Source of the DNA: Squalus acanthias
Taxonomy: Eukaryota
Direction: 5' to 3'
Assembly (NCBI GenBank): GCA_030390025.1
Contig: CM059434.1
Coordinates: 111,042,001 to 111,106,000 of the forward strand
Length of the DNA stretch: 64,000 nt
Shown: positions 39,901 to 51,900 of the stretch, in pieces
Numbering within the stretch: the stretch's first letter is position 1
Layout of the letters: the number at the start of each line of letters is the position of its first letter
Translations under genes and position numbers: made by a program
Notes under the pieces: model-generated
What the model was told of the DNA's origin: nothing
Databases searched by the model: none
Seen by the model: only the letters and a program-made list of their open reading frames with translations

Positions 39901-42900
39901 TGTTGTAACAATCCAATTGTCAACAGATTGATATCAATGACTACATTCAATCAGCATTAGCGGAGTAATCTCTCCTGTCAGAAACCAAAACTCAAACATA
40001 CATTAATTGACTTCTGGCCTGCCAGACCAAAACCTGTACCCCTGTACCTTGTAGAAAGAGCGAACAGAAATTAGCATTAACCCCGTGTATGCTGTAGCCA
40101 TCAATGGAGAATCCAAAATAATCTAAACAAATAAAAAATGCTTCATTTTTGTCACAGCTCCTAAACATCTATTATCCTGGCAATAACAAGGTCAATGACT
40201 GTGACGCCTCTTCAGCGCTGTAGTGCTCAGAACCGAGTTTTAGTCCACAGCAATTTTGCAGCATTGAGAAAACAGGTGGTAAGCAAGGGTTAAATTGCAC
40301 TCCGCACTGCTGATCAGTAATGCTCCGGGTGTTAGGCTTGACGCCAAACAGCAATTCCCAGACTTTGGTTCACTGCTATTATAATGAAGAGGTTTTACAT
40401 CAGTCGCGTTCTTGGATAATTCAGAACAGATTACTCTACAAATACTATTGAAAACTTGTGCATAAAATGATAAAGTTCCATTTTCCAGCACAAACACAGC
40501 TCACTTCCATAAGCATAAAAGTTCACTTAAAAGTCTTTAAGCTATATAAAAGAGCCAAGGTTGACTTAGCCATCTGATCAGGAAAAGCAATTGTCCACTG
40601 ACCATATTTCAGAGAAGAGCTCGTTCCTTCAGCAGCGCTTTTAAAACTTCAATTGCGAAAATTTGACAGGTCGTCACCATTATACATTATGGAGATAATC
40701 TGATGGACGTACGGGTTTGACACACTCCTCATTGAAATTTCTCCTGCAGCCTCTATGATTACATGTAGAGTTATCAGCTTCCTGATCACAATATTGATTA
40801 TACCTTGAAGTAAAGTGACAGCATTCACTTTGATGATACTCATACTGTTTCAAGTTCCTTATTGTTTTTGTCCTTCTTCTGTTCTGAGTACCCTCATAGC
40901 TGTTGCCAAGTAACAACAAAAAAAACAAAAATAGCTATGAAGATACTCAGAGCAGAAGAGAGACAGGGATCAGAGGACCTGAAATGGACATCCTACCATC
41001 AGTATGAGCATCATCAAGGAGAATTTCATCCATTGACGTCAGGCAGAGAGGGTGGAGATTTAGAAGGTAAAGAAGCTCTCTCACATTGTACGTGCCGCAT
41101 TCTCTAAACAAAGTGTCTGTTGTTGACTGATCCCCGAGACCTCGTAGTTCTCTGTTTCTTGAGCATTTCCCGCTACCAATAGCAGGAGCTCCTCTGGAGT
41201 AATTATATCACACACATTACAGTAAACCTAATTGCTGGTTCCCCATAGCCTAGGAATGTGTCTTGTGTGGATGGTATTAGTTCAGCTGCATAAGTCTCTA
41301 ATGCTCCTTTTGGCTGAAATCACTTAGTATTTATGAGTCTTTGGAAATAACCCATGCATTGGTTCCTACCAGATACATCACTCAGCTACTCAATAGATTT
41401 ACTACAGTCATGTACCACATCTTGTGGCAGAAAGATCAATATGATGCCACATATTCACAAACTATAAAACGTAGTTAAGTCAATACATCTCAGATATGAG
41501 CATGCCATGCCTTAATTCCCTGTTCTCATCAGTGTGACACCCTGGATTGGAAGTAATTGGTTGCTGCTATATCGTTTTGTTTTTGAATGATTTTACCACC
41601 CTTATGCTGTAATTTGTAGTTTATAACGGGCAACACTTTAAAGTAGGGGTGTTTAACTTGTCGCCCTCGGGCCTCGTATCCTGCAGCCCAGCCTTCATGA
41701 CCAGGACAATTCAGATCTATTTGCGCCGATATATTTCTTATTTGCTGGTTTGTCTGCTTGAATTTTGTGGCCCTGAAGATTTGGAAATAGCTGATTTGAA
41801 CTCTGCTGCCTACTGGTGGATAAATCCTAGATCAGGACACCAGGATCTGATAGTATTAGCAACTTGAGATGTATGCAGTTTAATGGGAACATTGATTTAA
41901 CCTTTCTATGTGGTCCCCAAGGCTCCACGGTTTGCACCATTATGGTCCACCGAGACAAAAGTTTGGACACCCCACTTTAAAGCTATTTTTCACATATTCT
42001 CTAAGGTTTAACCGGTTCTATTTAACTTTAGCGCAAACATTTTATTCTCTCAGCCACAAAACACCTGCAAAGAAAACCTTTGATCATAGGTAGAAAATGT
42101 TAAGGTGAAGGGAGGCCACTGAACAGGAACCCCTTCTCCATTATCAGAGCAACACTCAATACTGCTCAACTAAAGTAAATCAACTTGCACTTTACAGAAT
42201 TTTAATCTGGCCTTTTCTTTCTCTCTTAGTGAAGTAAACAACATTTATTTTAACATTATATTGACAGACTATTCGATAAGGAAACCCTACATAAGCACGT
42301 CATTTTCTGTTTTTAAACAAGTACTGAACAATGCTTGTGGTGTTAAAATTCCAGATTAGACTAAAGCAGTTAGCTTGACCCACTATCTTCCCGGTTTACA
42401 GCAAGCTCATAAAGTAGGCTTTAAAGATTGTGCAGTGTTTACCACACTGTTGCAGTGTCTCCCAGCTGTTGACAATAAATGGGGATTGTATCCTAAAGGA
42501 ATTCAATGTCTGAGGAGATTGACCGCTGCGGACAATCTTGTTCTTTCTCTATAAAGAATTCTGCGGACAGTGATGCAAACAATACTGCTCACAGAGTAAA
42601 AGCACACCATCTGTATGAACCCCAGCAGCCATTTTTAATTCATATTAAATACTTTTTTGCTATTTACCTGGCTAGAGTACTGTCAAGGAAAGAAGTAATG
42701 AGCTCTCGCCTTCCCTCTTTGTTAAATACTAGAGCCTTGCCGCTTGAGAGGACGCCACAACCAAAGCCAAGTTCTGCACCACGGATTAAGTGGAAGTTGT
42801 GGTAGGAGGAGAGCCGGGAACTACTAAAACTTTCTGAAATTATGGTAGGAAAGGTTTGTGAAGCCATGTCACATCCAGGCCCCGAAAATCCTGGGTCACA

Positions 42901-45900
42901 TCTGAAAGCAAATAGAAAAGCGGATAAATTCACATCAAAAAGCTGATAGAAAACATAACTGGGGCATAAATCTTTTACAGTATATTGTCATTATTTGATG
43001 TAACATTTGAAGTAATTGATGATTGATGTGGTTAATGAAGTCGGAGTAACAAGCATTCCCAATATAAGCGTCATGCACTGGACAGTGCCGGGCTTCCTTT
43101 GATTTATTGCAGTCCCAACATCAGAGGTTGTGCTGTCAGTTGATTCAGGTCTTTTAAATCTGAAGCTTTTGAATTAGGAATTAACAGAAGCAGCTTTGTG
43201 CTGTGTTCTCTATAGACTAGATTGAGATTTGTAAGAATTGGTAAGGCACAGAAAATATTGATGATCTTGTTTTGAAACACATAAACATAGGGCACTCTAG
43301 GAAAAGGCCATTTGGCCTCACAACCATGCCACTTTTGGTGGATCACATTTCCACTTTCCTGTCTTCTCACTGTATCCCTGGGCTCCTTCGTTCTACAGAA
43401 ACTTATATACATACCACTTGAGCTGTGGTATTTTATTTGCTTCAATGCCCTTCCATGTTAACTTATTCCAAATGTTTATTCCCCTTTGTGGGAACTAGTT
43501 TTTCCTAAATTCCCTATTCACGCCTAGTTTTAAAAAAATGATGGCTTGTGCTTTACATAATTGTGCATTCATCAGCCCATGATTTTCCACCCATTAAAGT
43601 GAATGGGTATGTCTGCTAGTAACTGGAGATCTATATCAATAGCAAGAATTTATTTAGATCTGCCTTGTCAGTACCTTTCACAATTTTGAAAACTTCTATT
43701 AGCTCACCTCAAAATCTCCTCTTTTCCAATCAGAACAAGCCCAGCTTGCTTAATCTTTGCTTATATCGTTTTGGGAACATTGGGCTTTTTTGCTTATTCA
43801 GATGTAGTAATGGGGGGATATTTATCTTGGATTGCTAGCGTCAGCAGCAAAGCTGGTGCAAATATAAATAAGGAAACCTTTTTTTGTTTATATGAGTGAT
43901 TCGAAGAAAGCATACCCAAAGATCCTTTCTATGAAAAGATGATCAGTGCTACACACTGGGGATGGAGTCTATCTACTGCCTTGATATTTATTTTGTTCCT
44001 CTCTGCGTCTACCTTGTCGAGCCCCCTCAGTATCTTAAATGTTTCAATAGGATCACCTCTCATTCTTCTAAATTCCAATGAGTATAGGCCCAACCTGCTC
44101 AACCTTTCTTCATAAGTCAACCCCCTCATCTCTGGAATTAACCTAGTGAATCGTCTCTGAACTGTCTCCAATGCAAGTATATCCTTCCTTAAATAAGGAG
44201 ACCAAAACTGTACGCAGTACTCAAGGTGTGGTCTCACCAATACCCTGTACAGTTGTAGCAGGACTTCCCTGCTTTTATACTCCAACCCCCTCGCAGTAAA
44301 GGCCAACATTCCATTTGCTGTCTGATTGCTGTATTTCAAAAATTGGGGCTCAAAATACATGGGTCTGACATCCCAGTGTAAGTGCCGGGATGTGCCTGCT
44401 GGGAACCTCTGCCATGGACCCTGCTGGACCTTCCAGGGCCAGGGGGAGGTTCCCTAATCAGCATATAATTAGCAGGTGCCTATGCTACTATTGGAGCATC
44501 TCAGGCACCTGCCAGAAGATGATTGCAGGAAATGTTGCACTTGCTAGCTGTTCACCAATCCACCAGCATCACTGGCACAAAAGAGGGCAAAGGTCATCAC
44601 CCATCACCTCTCTTTACAGTTGTCCAAAATCTTCAAGAATACAGGTCAAGTCCCAAGCCTTGAGCCCCCAGGTGGGTTCTACTTCGACAGACCAGTATGC
44701 CTCCTTACATCTGGCATACACCTTGGATCCCTGGCCAGGGCCAAGGAAACTCCTGGGCTCAGAGGCTCCTCCCTCCCATCCATGCCCCTCTGATGTGGAT
44801 GGCCTTATTTAGGTAAGACAGAGGTTCACCCTCAAACAAGGCCCCGTGAATACTAGTATTACAGGCCGGGATCCATGTTTCCAGGTTCTGGCCTAATTCG
44901 TAGGCCTTCCATCCAGATTATAGTAGGACTGTGCGGCTGGTGCTGTAGTCTCTGTTTTGGCTCCTTGCTCCCATGCTAATTATTTCACATTTAAAAAAAG
45001 ATCATTCCTGGGATATATGCGTCGCTGGCAAGCCCTAGTTACCCTGAGAAAGTGGTGCTGGGCCTTCCTCTTGAACGGCTGGTGGTTTGATACAACTGAG
45101 TGTCTTGCTCGGCCACTTTAGAGGGCAGATCAGAGTCAACCACATTGATGTGTGACTGGAGTCACATATAGGCCAGACCGGGTAAGGATGGCAGGTTTCC
45201 TTCCCGAAAGGACATTCGTGAACCAGATGGGTTTTTATGATAATCCAGCATTTTATTTCTGGCCCAGTTTACGAATTGATCTAAAGCCTTTTCAATCTGA
45301 TTGCAATATTCCTCATTATTTAGTATCTGGAAACTTGGAGATCTTGCTTTTGATACCTTACGTAAGTCATATATATGTATTTTTATATATAAGTAAAGAG
45401 CAATCCCTGGGGCACCACACTTATAACCACTGTTCAATTTGAAAAGTTTCCATTTATAGCTACCCTCTGTTTCTTGTTTAGAGCCATACTTCCTATTCCA
45501 TGAGTATTGATCTCAGTCAGTAAATTCTGATGCTGACCCTTAGTAAATGTTTTTTTGAAAATAAGCAGCTATTGGATTCTCCTCATCTAACCTGACCATG
45601 ATAACTTTAGAAAAACTTCGACATAAACTCATCTTCCTGAATTGGTTTAAATTAGTTTTGACATCAGGAGCTATGAAAAGTTACTGAAATTAGGCAGTCA
45701 TTTCTCCAGTTCGTGCTAAATGTGTTAGAAGTCAGTCTGATCAATTTAAATGGTTACTATGACAATGCTATCAAGACCTCCAGAGCTTGCTAGTATTTTG
45801 CTGAGCAGCAGGGATGAGCAAGGGATATTAAGAAGCAAAGTTTTCAAACTGCACTTACTGCCATGCAAAGTTAAGATCGCAATATGCTCTTTACAAATAT

Positions 45901-48900
45901 AGCACAACATGTATAGCACACAGCGGAAATCTTCCCCCCATGTCTCCACAGAAAATATCTCGGACAAGTGTTTCATCAAACACTATGGGGGCAATTTTGT
46001 CAATGGGTGCGCGTTGGAGGCGGGACTGCTGCTTGTCGGGTTTCAGTCCCGCCTCCATCGACTTCTGGCCAACCCACACTATTTTCCCTTGATTGACCTC
46101 GTTAAGCCCGCCCAGCGAGCTTAGCAGGCCAATTAAGGGAAAGCCGGTTACAGAGAACGTCAGCGTATGATGTTTCATCTGTCAAAAATTTTTGGCAGAT
46201 GAATTGTCATCGTTTGATAGCTCTGTGAAGCTGTCAAACACTGACATTCTATGTTGTTTGATGAGTCCTTGTATTCAAGACTCATCAAACCTCTTTTGTG
46301 AGCAGAAATTAGATGGCTGTTGCATCGCAGAATGCAGCAGCCATCTGTCATCTCCGCCGGTGAGATGTGAGACTCTCCGCATCCCCAACTGTTGAAGCCT
46401 GCAGGAAGAAACATAGGTAAGTAAACATTTTCTATCACTTTCCACCCACCTCACATACTTACCTCTCCACACTTGCACCCATCACTTAACTTCACAGCGC
46501 ACTTTTGCACCCCGCAGACCCACTGCTCGCCTCGGTGACCCTGGCGGGGTTTCCCGACGTCGGGAAGCCCGCGCCTCTATTGGAAAAATGGGGATAATCC
46601 TCTTAACTGCCTGTTAACTACCTGTTAAGTGGCTGTAATCCCCTTCCCGCCTCCAGGAGACGGGACCCAGTGTGGGTCGGCTACCCGCCTCCTGGGAAGA
46701 TGGCACGGAGACGGGTTGGGGGCGGGATGGGCACCCGCCCCCAGATTCTGCCATTTTCCCGGCAGTCCTGCCTCCAAACCCGCCTCCCCAGGGCTGGCAA
46801 GATCGCGCCCTATGTGTGCTTTACAATTATTATGACGTCTTGTATCTTGATTTATTTGTGTGAGCAGATTACATGGCAAATATATTGTCACACACTGCTG
46901 TCACATACACCATTAGCAAAAAAATAGCTCAGTCAGTTGTTTCAACAGTTGCTTTACCATTTAAGCTTACTGAACTGTGGGTTGTGAAATTATCCAAGAT
47001 GGTTAGTATTAATCTGCATCATACAAGACATTATCTACAGGAAGTTTACTTAAAGCCCACTGTGCTGGGTTGGTAGACAGGTCCCAGTTAAATAAACAAT
47101 TCTGTTTTCTTGTACATGTCATGTGGGTGAGAGATTGGGGAAACTGAGGCAAGATTAATTACCAAAGGAATTAGGTCAGTAAGAATGTTTTAATTTGTTG
47201 GCGATATCACAAAGTCCAGTTTCTATTCAGATGAAATACTATAGAATAATGAGGTTTCATCTTACTTGCATCCGGTAGTGGTACATCGACCTCGACCAGA
47301 GCACAATTTGTAGCACGCAGGGCCAATGTAGACTGCAGGAGGAATAAAACATACCAAATGATCAGTCTATTGGAATGTCAGCCTGGACTAAAGTTAGTTC
47401 ACAAGATTGGCAAAGTGAATGAACTTACTGGCATTGGGAAAACATGTTATATTGAGGAAAAAGTTGCCATCAATAAATGGGATATTCTGTTTTGTCCTCA
47501 TACTGACTGTTTTGTTAAAATTATCAACAGGAGGAATTTATCAATGGAAGGGTGATCAATGATATGGTTGGTGCCAATCATATCTGCAATATTACTTTTT
47601 TCTTTGTCAATGAATTTTTCACTCTAATTTTTTTACCTTTGATTTTCTCCAGTTACCCCTCCCCCACTGATGGGGTCAACTAATTTGTGTTAGAGTTTCA
47701 CAGGCAGCATTGGCTCTCTGCTGCTTCACACTGGTGGCCACTGTTTGAGTCTGAACAGTGATTGTTGGTGGGCTAATAGACCATGTGCAGGGCACGAAAC
47801 CTGAGCCCAGTGCTGTCCAAATCCAAAGTCTATGCACATGGGCTTCAGGGAGGGGCTGCTGGATTGTGGCCAGGAATGAGAACCAGGGCCAGTTCTTTCC
47901 CAACCCAGGCAAACTGAGGCCAATCATTGTACAATTATTCTCACGTGCTCTTACCCTGACTGAGTTTGTCTAGGGATCAAAATGTGGGACCCTCCTGGTA
48001 TGTGCGGCTGAGACTCACACATGGGGGTGCATTTACCCCGTGAGCCACTGGGAGATACCATTTTCTTTATTTTTTTAAAATCATAGTTTTAATAAAACAT
48101 GGTACCAGTTTAAAATAAACTCATTGTAAAAGTTTGCTGTGACATACAGCAGCATAGCAGTAGGGCTTCAGAGTGGGCTGTCGACCTGCCATTAGCTACT
48201 GCTCGCAGTGATGGAGCTGTCCAGATAGCCCAATCAAATAGACAAGAAAATTCAGGTAAACCAAATGAAATATGCAAGGAAATAAGTGGCTGAACACAAC
48301 ATGCTCACTTGCAATCGTGCTGATTTTTTGCGCAATTTTAATTTCAAAAACGCAACGTTACTAACCATTGTCAATTGCCCACATATTTCCTGCGACTGGG
48401 CCCATCTGGCTCCAGCGAAACCTGGTACCAGTGGTGAGTGCTGCGTATGGTAGAGGAATGGTTATACGACTCCACCTGAACACAGGACAACATTCATGTT
48501 ATCAAATGATAGCTTTTAACATTGACAAGTTCGTCAGTTCAGTTATTTTAGACATTAGCACTTGCAGAAGTGTGGCAGGGCGGGGCGCCCTGCTGCCCGA
48601 CTGACCAGACACTGCCCCAATTAAGTTCCTGGGGTCCGTCTCATTCAACATTTTTTCAACAGGGTCCTGGCACTATTCCGCCTGCGCTTGGGTAGCTTGC
48701 TGCTGGGGGGGTGGGTGAAAGAGAGAGGGAGATAATGGCTGCTGCACCAGGCATTAATCACCCAAAGCCACTTAGAAGCTTAAACTGACCTAGATGTCTT
48801 CATCAATGGTCCCATCATCAATTCAATTGACTACTTTGGCCATTTAAGGAAGGTGATGCTTTAGGCTTCCTCTAGCAACACTGGACGCCTGGCCTCTCTG

Positions 48901-51900
48901 GCGTTACTAACCATCCAACGTTGCTACGGCGATAATGACTGAAAACGCAGCGAATGACGTCACCCATCATTATCGCCTCCCCTGAATGTGTCTGCCCTGT
49001 GGATGCTTCGGGTGTCTGACAGAAGTGACGACAGACACGAAAATGTTAAGTGATCCATCCTTGAAATCCCTGCTTAATTCTCCGCCCCCCACCCATCCCA
49101 GTACCACTGCTAAACCAGCGGAAAGACAGAGGAAAGTCCGGACCATCAAAACCAGGTTAACTGCAGAATGCCTTTCTTTACTTTTAATACTACATAGAAG
49201 TGAGAGAAGGTCAGGACCGGGACCGATGTCCTTGGGGGAGTGTTTGCTAGTGCTAGTGCTCTTGGGGAGGGTTTAAACTAAAATGGCAGGGGGCTGGGAA
49301 CCTGAGCAGGGAGACAGAGGAAAGGGAAACAAGAATAGAAGCAAAAGTCAGGAAGGAAAAAAACAAAGGTGTCAGTCAGAGAAATCAAGGGTTTAAATCA
49401 AAAGTGGCCACAGTAAAAAAAAATTCTAAAAGGTCTAAGAGCGTTAAAAAAACAAGTCTGAAGGCTTTGTGTCTTAATGCGAGGAGCATTCGTAATAAGG
49501 TGGATGAATTAGCTGCGCAAATAGAGGTAAACGAATATGATATGATTGGGATTACGGAAACATGGCTCCAGGGTGACCAAGGCTGGGAACTCAACATACA
49601 GGGGTATTCAATATTCAGGAAAGATAGGCAAAAAGGAAAAGGAGGTGGGGTAGCATTGCTGGTTAAAGAGGGGATTAACACAATTGTAAGGAAGGATATT
49701 AGCTCTGATGATGTGGAATCTGTATGGGTAGAACTGAGAAATACCAAGGGGCTGAAAACGCTAGTGGGAGTGGTGTATAGACCCCCAAACAGTAATACGG
49801 AGGTTGGGGATGGCATTAAAAGGGAAATTAGAGAAGCGTGCAATAAGAGCACAGCAGTTATCATGGGTGACTTTAATCTACATATAGATTGGGCTAACCA
49901 AATTAGTAACAATACTGTGGAGGAGGAATTCCTGGAGTGTATACGGGATGGTTTCCTGGACCAATATGTCAAGGAACCAACTAGAGATCAGGCCATCTTA
50001 GACTGGGTATTATGTAGTGAGAAAGGATTAATTAGCAATCTTGTTGTGCGAGGCCCCTTGGGGAGGAGCGATCATAACATGATGGAATTCTTCATTAAGA
50101 TGGAGAGTGAAGTAGTTGACTCATAGACTAGGGTCCTGAATTTAAATAAAGGAAACTACGATGGTATGAGGCGCGAGTTGGGTAGGATTGATTGGGGAAT
50201 GTCACTCAAAGGGTTGACGGTGGAGAGGCAATGGCAAGCATTCAAAGATCGCATGAATGAACTACAGAATTTGTTCATCCCAGTTTGGCATAAAAATAAA
50301 ACAAAAAAGGTGACTCAACCGTGGCTAACAAAGGAAATTAGGGATAGCATAAGATCCAAGGAAAGGACATATAAATTGGCCAGAAAAAGCAGAAAACCTG
50401 AGGATTGGGAGCAGTATAGGATTCAGCAAAGAAGGACAAAGGGATTCATTAAGAGGGGGAAAATAGAGTATGAGAGTAAGCTTGCGAGGAACATAAAAAG
50501 TGACTGTAAAAGCTTTTATAGATATGTGAAGAGAAAAAGATTGGTGAAGTCAAGCGTAGGTCCCTTGCAGTCAGAATCAGGGGAATTTATAATGGGGAAC
50601 AAAGAAATGGCTGACCAATTAAATACATACTTTGGTTCTGTCTTCACAAAGGAGGACACAAATAACCTCCCAGAGATGTCGGGGAACATAGGGTCTAATG
50701 AGAAGGAGGAACTGAAAGAAATCAGTATTTGTAGGGAAATAGTGTTAGGGAAATTGACGGGATTGAAGGCCAATAAATCCCCAGGGCCTGATAATCTACA
50801 TCCTAGGGTACTTAAGGAAGTGGCCCTAGAAATAGTAGATGCATTGCTGGTCATCTTCCAAAATTCTATAGACTCTGGAACAGTACCCATGGATTGGAGG
50901 GTAGCTAATGTTACCCCACTATTCAAAAAAGGTGGTAGAGAGAAAACGGGGAATTATAGACCAGTAAGCCTGACATCGGTAGTGGGGAAAATGCTAGAGT
51001 CCATTATAAAAGATGTAATGGCAGAGAACTTGGAAAACAGTGACAGGATCGGACAAAGTCAACATGGATTTACAAAAGGCAAATCGTGCTTGACTAATCT
51101 ACTGGAATTTTTTGAGGATGTAACTGGTAAAATGGATAAGGGAGAACCAGTGGATGTGGTGTATTTGGACTTTCAGAAGGCTTTCGATAAGGTCCCGCAT
51201 AAGAGATTAGCGTGTAAAGTTAAGGCACATGGGATTGGGGGCAAGGTATTGACTTGGATAGAGAACTGGTTGGCAGACAGAAAGCAAAGATTTGGAATAA
51301 ATGTGTCTTTTTCCGTGTGGCAGGCGGTGACTAGTGGGGTACTGCAGGGATCGGTCCTAGGACCCCAGCTATTCACAATATATAGTAATGATCTGGACGA
51401 TGGAATTGGATGTAATATCTCCAAGTTTGCAGACGACACAAAGCTGGGTGGGAGTGTGTGCCGTGAGGAGGATGCCGAGAAACTCCAGTATGATTTGGAC
51501 AGGTTGGGTGATTGGGCAGAAGCATGGCAGATGCAATATAATGTGGATAAATGCGAGGTTATCCACTTTGGTGTCAAAAACAGGAAGGCAGATTATTATC
51601 TGAATGGCAATAGATTGGGAGAAGGGGAAGTGCAACGAGACCTGGGTGTCCTTGTGCACCAATCGCTGAAGGTAAGCATGCAGGTGCAGCAGGCGGTTAA
51701 GAAGGCAAATGGTATAGAAACATAGAATCTAGGAGCAGGAGTAGGCCATTCGGCCCGTCGAGCCTGCTCCACCATTCAATACGATCATGGCTGATCATCC
51801 AAATCCAGTACCCTGTCCCTGCTTTAATCCCCACAGTACACATATCCCACCCTACCCCCGTAACCCCATGTATTTAATTCCCCCTAACATATCCCATCCT

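Noticed and set aside
48360-48365. Non-canonical or minor-class intron at the GTTAGT donor
   Set aside because: It is still a GT-AG intron and lacks the U12 donor consensus GTATCCTT; no U12-type donor was seen at any of the 17 exons.
49385-51662. Minus-strand ORFs of 97-195 aa
   Set aside because: They are antisense shadows of the CR1 ORF2 with no independent protein features.
49404-51725. Endonuclease and reverse transcriptase as a two-gene system (retron- or DGR-like) or programmed stop readthrough
   Set aside because: Motifs are standard CR1 ORF2 in one frame. A single TAG, plausibly from GAG, in a copy that is also SINE-disrupted is best explained as decay.
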